From Squalus acanthias (Eukaryota), in assembly GCA_030390025.1 (NCBI GenBank), contig CM059449.1, forward strand, positions 13,454,001-13,518,000: DNA of 64,000 nucleotides. The letters run 5' to 3'. The position numbers and the translations under genes are program-made. Under the pieces are notes generated by a model, which was not told the DNA's origin, searched no databases, and worked only from the letters and a program-made list of their open reading frames with translations. Shown piece after piece: positions 37,809-51,643 of this stretch. The first letter of the stretch is position 1. Every line of letters begins with the position of its first letter.

Positions 37809-39838
37809 TAACATAAGAACATAAGAACATAAGAAATAGAAGCAGGAGTAGGCCAATCGGCCCCTCGAGCTTGCTCCGCCATTGAATAAGATCATGGCTG
37901 ATCCGATCCTAACCTCAAATCTAAAGAACACAAGAAGTAGGAGCAGGACCCGGCCACTCAGCCCCTGGGCCCGCTCCGCCACCCACAGGGCCCTGACCGA
38001 CCCGAACTCAGCCTCATGTCCAATTTCCTGCCCGCTCCCCGTAACCCCTAATTCCCTTTACTTCTAGGAAACTCTATTTCTGTTTTAAATTTATTTAATG
38101 ATGTAGCTTCCTGGGGCAGCAAATTCCACAGACCCACTACCCTCTGAGTGAAGAAGTTTCTCCTCATCTCAGTTTTGAAAGAGCAGCCCCTTATTCTAAG
38201 ATTATGGCCCCTAGTTCTAGTTTCACCCTTCCTTGGGAACATCCTTACCGCATCCACCCGATCAAGCCCCTTCACAATCTTATATGTTTCAATAAGATCG
38301 CCTCTCATTCTTCTGAACTCCAATGAGTAGAGTCCCAATCTACTCAACCTCTCCTCATATGTCCACCCCCTCATCCCCGGGATTAACCGAGTGAACCTTC
38401 TTTGTACTGCCTCGAGAGCAAGTATGTCTTTTCTTAAGTATGGACACCAAAACTGCATGCAGTATTCCAGGTGCGGTCTCACCAATACCTTATATAACTG
38501 CAGCAATACCTCCCTGTTTTTATAATCTATCCCCCTAGCAATAAAAGCCAACATTCCGTTGGCCTTCTTGATCACCTGCTGCACCTGCATACTAACTTTT
38601 TGATTTTCGTGCACTAGGACCCCCAGATCCCTTTGTACTGCAGTACTTTCCAGTTTCTCGCCATTAAGATAATAACTTGCTCTCTGATTTTTCCTGCCAA
38701 AGTGCATAACCTCACATTTTCCAATATTGTATTGCATCTGCCAAATCTCCGCCCACTCACCCAGCCTGTCTATGTCCCCTTGTAGGTTTTTTATGTCCTC
38801 CTCACTTTCTACTTTCCCTCCCTGATGTTTCTCAGCCCTGCCATTATTCATCAAGTGCGGTGTCCAGAATTGAACAAATTACATTAGCTGGTGCCTCACC
38901 CATGCTTTATAATGGTTTTGCATAACTTCCTTGCTTTTGTACTCTATGGGCTAGAAATTCGGCTCCTTTGCACCTGCCGTTAGTGCCTCCGGGGGTCGCT
39001 AACAGGCCGCAAAGGGCTTATCGCCCGGAGCGAGGCAAAAAAAGCGCCTCCCGAGAGATTCGGTGGGGCATTGCTGAGGCGTTACCCGATAGCGCTGTGC
39101 CCCCGCCAGTAGCAGCCGCTGGCGATGACGTGGCAGAAATTCGGCAGCGCTCCATGAATCTGCCACGGGCGATGTCAGCACCAGCCTCGCGGGTCACGAA
39201 CCAGGCCGACCTCCACTCACGGGGCGGTATTTAAAGGGGAGGTGCGGCCGCGACCCGCGCCGCCATTTTCTCTTTTTGGCCGATCTCCAGGCCGGCCCTC
39301 CGTGGTGGGCCGTGGCGTTGTCCTGGCTGCCAGGCACCATGCTGCCCTGGTGGCCGAGTGTGGGTCATCGGAGGCCCTGCAGTGTGCGCAATGGCCCTCC
39401 CCTTTAACTGATGGGGAGGGGCGTGGAAACACGGCAGCGCTCCACGAAGCCTCCACCAAGCGCTGCCGATCGCGCCCCGACATCGCCTCGGTTACCGGCC
39501 CAACAGGAAGTGGAGCGCCCGAGATTGCACTCCACTTCCTGTGCGGGGCGGTAAGCCGAATTTAGCGGTCGGGGCGGTACTTCCGCGCCCAGCACTAAAT
39601 GTCCGGCCTTAACTCGGTTAACGCCCCCAAATGGGGTGTAAACCAATTTTGCGCCCTATGCCTCTATTAATAAAGCCAAGGATCCCATATGCTTTTTTTA
39701 ACAGCATTCTCAACTTGTCCTGCCACCTTCAAAGATCTGTGTACATACACCCAGGTCTCGCTGTTCCAGCAGCCCCTTTAAAATGTTATCATTTAGTTTA
39801 TATTGCCTCTCCTCATAATTCCTACCAAAACGTATCAC
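37809..39838 (-). mobile_element. Adjacent CR1 fragments; the second is interrupted by a GC-rich MITE (38948-39656, TSD tat)
   Basis: ORF 38048-38854 is CR1 RT; actctat|gggctagaaatt...gcgccc|tatgcctct restores CR1 sequence. Confidence 0.82.
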
Positions 39839-40392
39839 TTTTGGCTGAAGGTTCTCATCCTTGGGTTCCTCTTTTGTGTGAGTTCTGAAACCAGCACAGA
39901 CCTTTCCACGGGGTTCAATACAGCTTAGTGGAAGGGAAATGGGACATCTCATCATTTCTGAGTTGTTGTTTAAAAGGGGAACCGACACAAGGTCAACATG
40001 TTAGCCTAAATACTTTCACACTTGAGAAAAACAACCTTTTTGAAAGGGCCACATTACACCCAAACCTTGCTTTTAACTTACTAAATGCAAAAGTTGGACG
40101 CAAATATTTGAGACTTTTAAGAAAACCAACCTAAAAGCGAACACATTTTGTCTGGTTTTCCCCAAATTTTAAATCAATGTAACTCATAATTCAGCATAAA
40201 TGGATGTAACTGAGAACTCTTGTGCACCCCCCTACTTCCTTCGACCCACCACTGGCGGCTGTGCCTTCAGACATCTGAGCCCGAAGCTCTGGTATTCCCT
40301 CACCAAACCTCTTCGCCTCTCCATCTCCCTCCCCTCCTTTAAGACCCTCATTAAAGTTTACCTCATTGACCGACCAAGCATTTGGGACGGTT

Positions 40393-40725
40393 TCTTCTTC
40401 TTAGGCAGTCCCTCGGAACCGAGGATGACTTGCTTCCACATTAAAGATGAGTTCTCAGGTGACTGATGAGTCCAATGCGGGACCTACAGTCTCTGTCTCA
40501 GGTGGGGCAGACGGTGGTTGAAGGGGCGGGTGGTTGGGGTGCTTGGGTTGACGTGCGCTCCTTCCGCTTGCTCCCGGCGAAGAGACTCGAGGTGTTCGGC
40601 GCCTTCCCGGATGCTTCTCCTCCACTTTGTGCGGTCTTGGGCCAGGGATTCCCAGGTGTCGGTGGGGATGTTGCACTTTTTCAAGGAGGCTTTGAGGGTG
40701 TCCTTGAAGCATTTCCTCTGCCCAC
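40393..40725 (-). mobile_element. RTE-clade LINE 3' fragment
   Basis: KKCNIPTDTWESLAQDRTKWRR; (aag)n tail. Confidence 0.8.
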
Positions 40726-40811
40726 CAGAACAAACGGGGATGGTTTATTATGTTAAAGGCTCTATATAAATGCAAGTTGTTGTTACTGAATAATTCCAAT
40801 AAAAAACACAT

Positions 40812-41579
40812 TAGCCTGTATTTTCCGACTCCTATGGGTGCGTATGAGCTGTGCACACACCCGTAGGGACCTCGCAAGTGCCGGTTTCAGGCATGTGAAG
40901 TGCATGCGCTGAAAACCGGCATTTCCGGTCTGTCAAGAATCCTTTTGACAGATCGCACGCCTGCCCTGGAGAAGGGCCTCTGTGGGGGGAGAGTTCCGCT
41001 TTCTGCACAACCTCCTCCCACTGAAAACATTTAAAAATCTTACACCTGGTAAAAGTAAGGCCTGCTTTTACCAGCATAAGAGTTTAAAAAGTAAAAAAAG
41101 TCATTTTTTTTCACGCTTTTATAATTTAAAAATACTTTTAAAAAAGGTAAGTTTATTTTTAGCCCCGTAAAAAACTTTAATTGTTTTTCAAACAATCAAA
41201 TTTTTGTTTAAAATATTTAATTTAATGTAATTTTAACTAATTTTAAATACGTGATTTAAAAAAAAAATGTATTTAATGTTTTAGTGTGTTTTTTGAGTGA
41301 TCCCCATTTATACATTTGACGGGTCTACGCAGAGAGATCTCGCAAAAGTATGAAGGGGGATTCCCTTCTTCCATTGGTTCCCCATGGCCCACGTGATCCC
41401 AGGGACGCTTGTGAACCACCTGCGCCCCTGGGATACGTGGACCTCTGCACGTGCGCGCACCAGGAGAGGCCCAAGAGCGGAAGTGTCGGGACCTACGAAG
41501 CCAGCAGGTAAGTTCATAGGTTTTTTCCAGATCGGAGGTCTCCGCACGCAGGAAGTCTCCGATCGGAAAATCCGGGCCA
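40812..41579. mobile_element. Harbinger-like MITE
   Basis: Same family as 5024 and 22006; right TIR gatcggaaaatccgggcc. Confidence 0.68.
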
Positions 41580-41606
41580 TTATGACCCACTGCTGGTCAC
41601 ATTATC

Positions 41607-42020
41607 TCTTCTCTTAGGCAGTCCCTCGGAGCCGAGGATGACTTGCTGCCACATTAAAAATGAGTTCTCAGGTGACTGATGAGTCCAATGCGGGACCTAC
41701 AGTCTCTGTCACAGGTGGGGCAGACGGTGGTTGAAGGGGCGGGTAGGGTGCTTGGGTTGACAGGCGCTCCTTGCGCTGCCTGCGCTTGGCTTCCGCTTGC
41801 TCCCGGCGAAGAGACTCGAGGTGTTCGGCGCCTTCCCGGATGCTTCTCCTCCACTTTGTGCGGTCTTGGGCCAGGGATTCCCAGGTGTCGGTGGGGATGT
41901 TGCACTTTTTCCAAGGAGGCTTTGAGGGTGTCCTTGAAGCGTTTCCTCTGCCCACCTGGGGCTCTCTTGCCGTGCCGGAGTTCCGAGTAGAGCACTTGTT
42001 TCGGGAGTCTCATATCGGGC
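41607..42020 (-). mobile_element. RTE-clade LINE 3' fragment
   Basis: RLPKQVLYSEL..GGQRKRFKDTLK..CPTCDRDCRSRIGLISHLRTH (C-terminal C2H2). Confidence 0.85.
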
Positions 42021-42446
42021 ATTATACTAGGTGCACGTTAGACAAAGTCGAATCATTTGATCCCCTATTTTTTCTGTAATCAGTAGCCAACTCCAACTAC
42101 GAAGCGATCCCGTTTACTTTGTGCTGATCTGGTTGGAAGGAGACGTTTCCGTCGCCTGTCGCCAGCAAACAGCTCGATTCGTTGACTCCAAGTGACTCAT
42201 GGTAAATGGCAGGATGCAGGCGAATGGCCAATCGCTTGTAGTTGATGTACAGATAATTCCATTACAAGGCAGTCAGAGGTCGCTGAGCTTATAAACACAC
42301 TGCCCAGCGAATGAGAACTGGGGATCGTACTTGGATTTGCTTTAAATTAATAATGCCAGGCAATTGTTTGAAATGTGACTCTGTGGTGCACACAATATCA
42401 CGGATACGGTTCTCTGCCCAGTTGATTAAATTCACCGACATGCTTT

Positions 42447-42825
42447 TAGAAACATAGAATCTAGGAGCAGGAGTAGGCCATTTGGCCCATCGAGCCTGCT
42501 CCACCATTCAATACGATCATGGCTGATCATCCAAATCCAGTACCCTGTCCCTGCTTTAATCCCCACAGTACACATATCCCACCCGACCCCCGTAACCCCA
42601 CGTATTTAATTCCCCCTAACATATCCCATCCTATCCCCATAACCCCACATATTTAATCCCCCCCTAACACTAAGGGTCAATTTATCATAGCCAAATCAAC
42701 CTAACCCGCACATTTTTGGACTGTGGGAGGAAACCGGAGCACCCAGAGGAAACCCACGCAGACACGGGGAGAATGTGCAAACTCCACACAGACAGTCACC
42801 CGTGGCCGGATTCGAACCCGGGTCC
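42447..42825 (-). mobile_element. V-domain SINE (HE1-like) with CR1-derived 3' tail
   Basis: V core plus tail shared with CR1 3' ends. Confidence 0.8.
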
Positions 42826-42962
42826 GAGTTGACAGCATTGTTCAGTGGGTAATATTATGCCCAACGTGAACTTTTCTTGTGTCAGCCTCCATCTATTTAA
42901 ATACAGTGTGAGGCAGATGACTGATTGCTCAGGACAGATTCAGTGATGCCTCGATATGTTTT

Positions 42963-42982
42963 GTTGCCATCTGGTGGCAGTA
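42963..42982 (-). promoter_or_regulatory. Candidate CTCF site between receptors A and B
   Basis: Minus strand ctgCCACCAGATGGCAAc matches the CTCF core, in non-repeat sequence. Confidence 0.42.
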
Positions 42983-43204
42983 ACGCGTTACTACAGTATA
43001 CAACGGTGGCGTGTACTACAGTGTTTATTAAAAATATATTCTCCACAATGCGCTGGCCCCAGTGCAGACGCTGTACCATGGGCACCATAAGCCCTCTCGT
43101 AATTCGGCAGTTGCTATTGTTCGTGCGTTAGCCCGGAGAAAGTATGTTGGCAGACTGTTTGACTACAGAGGATAGGTCTGATGCTGTCCTGATCCAACAC
43201 ACAC

Positions 43205-43657
43205 AAGAAAGAAAGATTTGCATTTATATAGCGCCTTTCACAACCTCAGGACGTTCCAAAGTCAATTAAGCACTTCTCAAGTTTAGTCACCGTTGTACTG
43301 TAGGAAACGCGGCAGCCAATTGTGCACAGCAAGCTCCCACAAACAGCAATTTGATAATGACCGGATAATCTGTTTTAGTGATGTTGATTGAGGGATAAAT
43401 ATTGGCCCCAGGACACTGGGGAGAACTCCCCTGCTCTTCTTCAAATAGTGCCGTGGGATCTTTTATGTCCAACCTGAGAGGGAAGACAGGGCCTCGGTTT
43501 AATACCTCATCTGAAAGACGGCACCTCCGACAGTGCAGCACTCCCTCAGTACCGCACTGGAGTGTCAGCCTGGATTTATGGTGCTGGAGTGGGACTTGAA
43601 CCCACAACCTTCAGACTCAGAGGAGAGAGTGGCTGCCCACTGAACCACGGCTGACAC
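43205..43657 (-). mobile_element. SacSINE1-like SINE
   Basis: Full-length match to the other copies. Confidence 0.8.
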
Positions 43658-44219
43658 AGGGGTAGAAGTTCGTCCTGAGTTGTGGCCCAATATCGGCTGG
43701 TACCGAACTTGCCACCCATTATGCTCACCGTCCGATGTTGAGTTCCATTGTCTTCAATTGAACTGAATATCAAGCAGGGTAGAAGCAGCAGCCGATGTGA
43801 TCCGCCCGCTTGGCGCTGCCGCACCGAATTTCTACCCCACCCTCTCACTTTCCAGAATGAGTCATTGGATAGCTTTCAAGAGTGAGAGCTGGCTGTTGTT
43901 CCCAGACCAGCCCAGAGTCACTCAAACCAGTGGGAATCCCCCACCCCGAGCTGTTCCCCAGTTCAGATCAGATAACTCAGAGATTCACTTCTGTGGCTGG
44001 AAGCGCTTTTGATAACTGTGGGAACCACTTTAGAGGTGGGGAGATCTGTCAGGGGATGTGAAAACTGGAGTGTATGAGGCTCAAAGCCCAGTGGGCAGTT
44101 CTGTATGCTGAGAGCTGGACTCTGACTAAGATACAGATATATTGGATGGATTCTGACTGAAAAGTTTGCCAAAGTTGGATTAGGATGGGTATTAGCAGAG
44201 AGCGTGGACTGGCCAAAAC

Positions 44220-44685
44220 AGAAAGAAAGACTTGCATTTATACAGCGACCACTGGACATCTCAAAGCGCTTTACAGCCAATGAAGTACTTTTTTGGAGTG
44301 GAGTCACTGCTGTAATGTAGGAAACGCAGCAGCCAATTTGCGCACAGGAAGCTCCCGCAAACAGCAATGTGATAATGACCAGATCATCTGTTTTGTCAGT
44401 GATGTTGATTGAGGGATAATTATTGGCCCAGGACACTGGGGATAACTCCCCTGCTCTTCTTCGAAATAGTGCCATGGGATCTTTTACGTCCACCTGAGAG
44501 AGCCGACGGGGCCTCGGTTTAATGCCTCATCCTTAAGACGGCACCTCCGACAGTGCAGCACTCCCTCAGCACTGCACTGGAGTGTCAGCCTGGATTTACG
44601 TGCTACAAGTCCCTGGAGTGGGACTTGAACCCACAACCTTCTGACTCAGAGGCAAGTGTGCTACCCACTGAGCCACAGCTGACAC
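44220..44685 (-). mobile_element. SacSINE1-like SINE
   Basis: Full-length match to the other copies. Confidence 0.8.
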
Positions 44686-45745
44686 TACAGAAATAGTTAC
44701 AATGAATGATCTGGCCGTATCAGAGGACCTAGTGGCAGAATACTCTATGGAAAGTGCCTGTGTGTCTCATCAGTAGGGATAAAATGAAACTGGCGCCACT
44801 TGAAAAATTAAAATGTTTCACTGAAGCAACCGTCCCTCTTTCTCCATGGAGGGGCAGAGTGCTACACATATGGGAACATAAGAAATAGGAGCAGGAATAG
44901 GCCATATGGCCCTTCGAGTCTGTTCTGCCATTCAATAAGATCATGGCTGATCTTCTACCTCAAATCCACTTTTCTGCCCGCTCCCCATATCCCTTGGGAA
45001 CATCCATCGAGCCAAATACATGGCGCATCTTTAATGCAAGTAACGCCCCACCATAGGAATTTCAGACCAAGTCAGGGCTGGAGTGGACGGTCCGCCAAAA
45101 GTCCCGCCCTGCTACTCGTCCAGCGGTGAAGTAGGTTTCCAGGAAATTCAAGACGCAAGGGTGAGATTTCCCAGACATTGTGTCACCAGCAGGGCATTGC
45201 ACATAGCAGGTGGCATGTTAGAAAAAAACATAAGTGCATTGCATTCGATTTTCCATCCATTGTCACTAATGGGGAAAACGTGCTGCCAGTGTACCCGCGA
45301 TTTTGCCAGAGTTTGCCCGCTACATGAGACCTTGCCCGTGGCCCAGAGGGTAGTCCATGCCTCCCCATCTCTCCATTTTCTCAATCTGTTCGATATTATG
45401 ACCAGTAGCAAGTTTAAATTTCCATTTTGTCTGTCAGATCGCCCATTCTCCTCTTCAGCAAGACGTGTGGTCCTCAAGAGGTGTGTTTCTGAACTTGCTC
45501 CAACCTGTTAATGTTTTCAATATTTCATACGCTCAATCTATTGGCACAAATTTGCTGCTGTTCATCCTGTCCCAAACAAAGATGATCCATCCTTCCCCTT
45601 CAACTACCACCCTATTGCCTTTATATCGATGTCTGCTAAAGTTTTTTCAGGCTACTATTAACACTCAAATAATCTACCTATATATAAACTATACATGGCA
45701 TATATATACCTACAGTTCTCCAAATTGCTATCTGCTTTGTGAGAA

Positions 45746-46310
45746 ACCACACTTGGAGTACTGCGTGCAGTTCTGGTCGCCATATTATAAAAAGGATATA
45801 GAGGCACTGGAGAGGGTGCAGAGAAGATTTACAAGGATGATACCAGAAATGCGAGGGTATACATATCAGGAAAGGATGAACAGTCTGGGTCTCTTTTCTC
45901 TTGAAAAAAGGCTGAGGGGTGACCTAATAGAGGTCTTTAAAATTATGAAAGGTTTTGATAGAGTGGATACAGAGAGAATGTTTCCACTTGTGGGGAAGAG
46001 CATAACTAGAGGCCATCAATATAAGATAGTCACCAAGAAATCAAATAGGGAATTCAGAAGAAACTTCTTTACCCAGAGAGTGGTGAGAATGTGGAACTCG
46101 CTACCACAGGGAGTGGTTGAAGCGAATAGTATAGATGCATTTAAGGGGAGGCTAGACAAGCATATGAGGGAAAAGGGAATAGAGGGTTATGGTGATAGAG
46201 TTAGATGAGGAAAGACGGGAGGAGGCTCGAGTGGAGCATAAATGCCGGCATGGACTGGTTGGGCCGAATGGCCTGTTTCTGTGCCGTATATCCTATGTAA
46301 TCCTATGAAA
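45746..46310 (+). mobile_element. CR1 LINE 3' fragment
   Basis: [28 protein letters not shown]; (atcctatgta) tail. Confidence 0.88.
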
Positions 46311-47825
46311 TGTGCACATTTTTGAATGTAAGACTATGATTTTAATATCTCCCCATTCTGCATTAAACATAGAAGATAGGAGCAGGAGTAGGCCATTCGG
46401 CCCCTCGAGCCTGTTCTGCCATTTAATGAGATCATGGCTGATCATCCAAATTCAGCACCCTGTCCCTGCTTTCTCCCCATATCCCTTGGTCCCTTTAGCC
46501 TTAAGAAATATATCCAACTCCTTCTTGAATATATTTAATGAATTGGCCTCAACTGGCCTTCCTGGAGGATATGACAGTTCAGTGATTATAACACAGGATT
46601 ACAATGGCAAAAGTATTTAGTTCAAATGCCAACAATAAAAATTGTGAGTTTGAATTGAAGGAATCTGAGAATTTGTGGGCTAGCACCAGACAAGACCGTG
46701 AAAGCTGTCAGATTGTTGAGTTTCAAAAACAGATTCATTCGTGAGTCTGGCCTACATGTGACTCCAGTCCCACACTACATGGTTGCCTCATTAATGTCCT
46801 CAGGGCACCTAGGAATGGGCGGTAAACACTGCTTTGGCAGCATCGACCACACCCCAAGCGGAAATAAGACAATAAAACACATCTATAAATTCTTTTAAGA
46901 GGAGACTCATCTCTAAACTTAAAGCATCCAAGTGGTATTAAAGTGTAAATACAATAATTAGTATTGTAATTTGCTTATTTTAAAAAAAAATCTTAAATCT
47001 ATTGACTTAAATTTACTTGAAATGGACCATATTGAAATGGGCAATCATAAAGTGGGACAGTTGTCATAAATCAGATATCTGTCACCCAAAACTGGGTAAT
47101 ATAATTTCAATGTTTTACTGTGTGTTCCACAATGTGGAAAATCGAATCCTGCTTTTTAATGAAATATCAGACCTCATTTCAAAAAATGTGTTGCACCAGC
47201 CGATATCCCATGGCCTTACTTATGGTGAGTCGGTGAATACTCTGTTTTATAACAACAGGGGTGTGATCAACAAAGTGCGACTAGGAGAGTGTTACATGAA
47301 ATAAATATGACATTCACAGGAAGTGCTCACTGTATGGAACAATTTTAATATATGATAGATATAACGTGCAGCAGAAACCATGAAAAATAAAGGCAGAACG
47401 CATAATTATCTTTTCACGATGTGGAACATTTTAACACATTCGCAAAATAGTCATCCACTGTCATAATCTCGCAGCATTTATTCCTTTATGTCTGGTTTAT
47501 GGTGCGAATCTGTTTAAGTATGTCAGCTCGGTACATAAGCAGAAAACAGGAGGTGCATCAAGCCTGTTTCTTCCACCGATCCTGTACCAACCCTCCCATC
47601 ATTAAAGTGATCACACTTATTTAATCTTCTGATGGTAAACTCTACGTAAATATTTCCTGATCATCCAAGGTAATAAAAAAGAATCCTGGAATCCTGACAT
47701 CACCACAATTCAACCTAGGCTGCTACCTCCCAGAAGTAACATACAATACCATTCCCAATTAGTCATGTAATTATATTTACGCCTCCATTTTTTCATGCAG
47801 TTAATTCGTCAAAGTTAACTGTTTT

Positions 47826-48265
47826 TGAAAGAAAGAAAGACTGACTTGCATTTATATAGCGCCTTTCATGACCACCGGACATCCCAAAGCATTTTACAGC
47901 CAATGGAATACTTTTGAAGTATGGTCACTGTTGTAATGTAGGAAACAGGGCAGCCAATTTGCGCACAGCAAGCTCCCACAAACAGCAATGTGATAATCTG
48001 TTTTTGTTATGTTGATTGAGGGATAAATATTGGCCAGGACACCAGGGATAACTCTCCTGCTCTTCATCGAAATAGAGGGCAGATAGGGCCTCGGTTTAAC
48101 GTCTCATCTGAAAGACGGCACCTCCGACAGCGCAGCACTCCCTCAGCACTGCACTGGGAGTGACAGCCTAGATTTTTGCGCTCAAGTCTCTGGAGTGGGA
48201 CTTTGAATCCACAACCTTCTTGACTCCAGAGGTGAGTGTGCTACCCACTGAGCCACAGCTGACGC
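47826..48265 (-). mobile_element. SacSINE1-like SINE
   Basis: Match to the family with a small internal deletion. Confidence 0.78.
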
Positions 48266-48724
48266 TACATTTTGCTCGATATATCTACATATGGAAAATA
48301 TTTTTATGAAGCAGAATTTATTTTAAACAACGAGTTATTTAGACCGGTCTCTCTCTATTATTTGGTGATGTTCCTTTGAACTGTAGCCTAGCAAGTGTCC
48401 AAAGTTTGGACCCACAAAATAAAACAGCCACATTATTTATAGATTGCATTTTGTTAGGTATTTTCAAGAGATTATAATATTAGTAGCTTTTTCCTGTCAA
48501 TACATAGTTCAACATTAAGCACAATAAAAATATAGGAAGATTAAATAAAACCACAATGTAACACCATCTCAGACCGTGCAGCAAGTAACAGGGTGTTTAC
48601 AGTCCAGTTAGGCAACGTTTTAGTAAAACTTCTTCAAACGTTCCTCAAAACATGAGTCAGAAAAGAAAGAAAGACTTGCATTGATATAGCGCCTTTCATG
48701 ACCTCAGGACGTCCCAAAGCGCTT

Positions 48725-49170
48725 AGGAACATAGGAACAGGAGGAGGCCATTCAGCCCCTCGAGCCTGTTCTGCCATTCAATGAGATCATGGCTGATCTG
48801 CTCCATATACCCGCCTTTGGCCCATATCCCTTAATACCTTTGGTTAACAAAATGCTATCAATCTCAGATTCAAAATTAACAATTGATCTAGCACCAATTT
48901 CCATTTGCGGAAGAGAGTTCCAAACTTCTACCACCCTTTGTGTGTGGAAGTGTTAAATAATTTCACTCCTGAAAGGTCTGGCTCTAATTTTTAGACTATG
49001 CCCTCTAGTCCTAGAATCCCCAACCAGTGGAAATAGTTTCTCACTATCTATCCTATCTGTTCCCCTTAATATCCTGAAAATGTCGATCAGATCACCCCTT
49101 AACATTCTAAATTCTAGGGAATACAACCCTAATTTGTGTAATCTCTCCTGGTAACTTAACACTTGAAGTC
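48725..49170 (-). mobile_element. CR1 3' fragment inserted in a SINE tail
   Basis: YSLEFRMLRGDLI..RTRGHSLKI; SINE tail sequence on both sides. Confidence 0.78.
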
Positions 49171-49635
49171 CTTTACAGCCAATGAAGTACTTTTGAAGTG
49201 TAGTCACTGTTGTAATGTAGGAAATGTCATGGTAAATATTATTTTTTAAGCAAATAAAACCATTCATCTTTGGGCGAAGTATGCATTCATGATGTAAAGG
49301 TCACAAAGTTTGTCCCGAGTTCCATGGTGGGGGAGAATTAATAGTTTATTCCAAATGAACCTCCATTTCATTGTTACTTCTGGATCACCAATCTTCTCAT
49401 GCAAAGATAGATACTTTGGAGGTGGCAGATTTCGTAATCGGACCTTATTCGCTATAACGATTCATTGGCTGTTGACATGTAAAATGATAGTTAAACATCA
49501 TAAGTTGGACAGTCAATGCCATACAGTAAAAGATATCACATCGTAATTTACATTTGATAAGCGGACGCTGTGGGGGCCCTCACATTCTAGTTTATTTTTT
49601 CCCTCTGTATTTTAATTGCGGTTAGATTTGCTGTT

Positions 49636-50225
49636 ACATAAGAACATAAGAAATAGGAGCAGGAGTAGGCCATTTGGCCCTTCGAGCCTGCTCCACCATT
49701 CAATAAGATCATGGCTGATCTTCTACCTCATCTCCACTTTCCTGCACTATCCCCATATCCCTTGATTTCCTTAATATTCAAAAATCTATCGCTCTCTCTC
49801 GTGAATACACTCAACGACTGAGCCTCCACAGCCCTCTGGGGTAGAGAATTCCAAAGATTCACCAGCCTCTGAGTGAAGAAATTTCTCCTCATCTCAGTCC
49901 TAAATGGCCGACCCCTTATTCTGAGACTGTGACCCCTGGTTCTAGACTCCCCAGCCAGGGGAAACATCCTCCCTGCATCTACCCTGTCAAGCCCTGTAAG
50001 AATTTAGTATGTTTCAATGTGATCACCTCTCAATCTTCTAAACTCTAGAGAATATAGGCCTAGTCTACTCAATCTCTCCTCGTAGGACAATCCCCCCCAT
50101 CCCAGGAACCAGTCTGGTGAACCTTCGTTGCACTCCCTCTACGGCAAGCATATCCTTCCTTAGGTAAGGAGACCAAAACTGTACACAATACTCCAGGTGT
50201 GGTCTCACCAGGGCCCTATATAATT
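49636..50225 (-). mobile_element. CR1 3' fragment
   Basis: ORF 49728-49967; (cataagaa)n tail. Confidence 0.88.
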
Positions 50226-50476
50226 ATGTTGTATGTCCATTGTTGTTCTAAGTTAATGCCTAAGGGAGAATGTTATTGGATTTTCGATTTTGGACAAACT
50301 TTCAGAAGTTTGGGGCTGGGGGGGTGGAGAAAGATTCTAAGTACATGGAAGAGATCAAGGACTATATTAAATTACAAGCATCAGAGTGAGTGGAAGGAGA
50401 AAGGACCATTCGAGCCATCCTGCACATTCCTTCCAATGGCCCTTGTACAACTTCGATTGTCAGCAGTCTCTTCTGA

Positions 50477-51405
50477 ACTAGGTGGGAAAACAAATTGTGT
50501 GGAGGACACAAAGAATCTCCAAAGGGATATAGATCGACTAAGCGAGTGGGCAAAAATCTGGCAGATGGAGTTTAATGTGGGAAAATGCGAGGTTACCCAC
50601 TTTGGTCGGAAAAATAAAAAAGCAAATTATTATTATTTAAGTGGGGAGAGATTACAACATGCTGAGCTACAGAGGGATCTGGGGGTCCTTATACATGAAT
50701 TACAAAAAGTTAGCATGCAGGTACAGCAAGTAATTAGGAAGGCAAATGGAATGTTGTCCTTTATTGCAAAGGGAATGGAGTATAAAAGTAGGGAAGTCCT
50801 GTTACAACTGTACAGGGCGTTGGTGAGACCATACCTGGAGTACTGCGTACTGTTTTGGTCTCCTTATTTAAGGAAGGGTATACTTGCATTGGAGGCAGTT
50901 CAGAGAAGGTTCACACGGTTGATTCCGGAGATGAAGGGGTTGTCTTATGACGAAAGGTTGAGCAGGTAGGACCTATACTCGTTGGAGTTTAGAAGAATGA
51001 GAGGGGATCTTATTGAAACATATAAGATTCTGAAGGGGCTTGACAGGGTAGATGCAGAGAGGATGTTTCCCCTCGTGGGGGAATCTAGAACTAGGAGGCA
51101 TAGTTTCAGAATAAGGGGGCACCCATTTAAATCGGAAATGAGGAGGAATTTCTTCTCTCAGAGGGTCTTGAATCTTTGGAATTCTCTTCCCCAGAGAGCT
51201 GTGGAGGCTGGGTCATTGAATATATTTAAGGTGGAGATAGACAGATTTTTGAAAGGTAAGGGAGTCAAGGGTAATGGGGAGCGGGCAGGGAAGTGGAGTT
51301 GAGGCCAAGATCAGATCAGCTATGATCTTATTGAATGGCGGAGCAGGCTCGAGGGGCCAAATGACCTACTCCTGCAGCTATTTCTTATGCTCTTATGTTC
51401 TTATG
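50477..51405 (+). mobile_element. CR1 3' fragment
   Basis: LQRDIDRLSEWAKIWQMEFNVGKC..RNFFSQRV; (ttcttatg)n tail. Confidence 0.88.
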
Positions 51406-51544
51406 TACTAATGGCAGAAGGGACAGCTGCCAATTGTGGGGCAACGAGAAGGAGGGATATCCCCACAAGAGGCCAGAGTCAGAAAAACGGTGAGTTCTGA
51501 GGCGTGGCGCTCTTTGATTGAGCAGAGCACAAGATACATACAGC

Positions 51545-51643
51545 TCACGGTATGACTCTTGTCTTTCCCACTAGTCGCTGTCTATGCAACTCGTGGTCTA
51601 AGTCAGTCAGAATGTAGTCCAGCCGCAGCGATGATGATAACAG
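51545..51643 (-). CDS. Candidate terminal cytoplasmic exon of receptor A (one of several possibilities)
   Basis: Acceptor ccaattaatgtttag| after a 139-nt intron; phase 0 gives LLSSSLRLDYILTDLDHELHRQRLVGKTRVIP*. No homology support. Confidence 0.3.
   Translation of the reverse strand: MLSSSLRLDYILTDLDHELHRQRLVGKTRVIP

Noticed and set aside
38948-39656. CpG island or promoter
   Set aside because: The GC-rich block is bounded by inverted termini and a 3-bp TSD inside a CR1, so it is a MITE.
42084-42127. Plus-strand mini terminal exon ANSNYEAIPFTLC* with SxYxxI
   Set aside because: Orphan with no supporting upstream exons; such short motifs arise by chance.
45465-46208. 247-aa ORF (and 50199-50969) as novel host-LINE fusion genes
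   Set aside because: Chance open upstream sequence running into CR1 RT fragments; no splice or promoter support.
47171-47224. Plus-strand exon-like segment (DLISKNVLHQPISHGLTY|gtgagt) suggesting a split ITIM
   Set aside because: No plus-strand leader, V or TM exon was found upstream; the acceptor is weak; likely chance.
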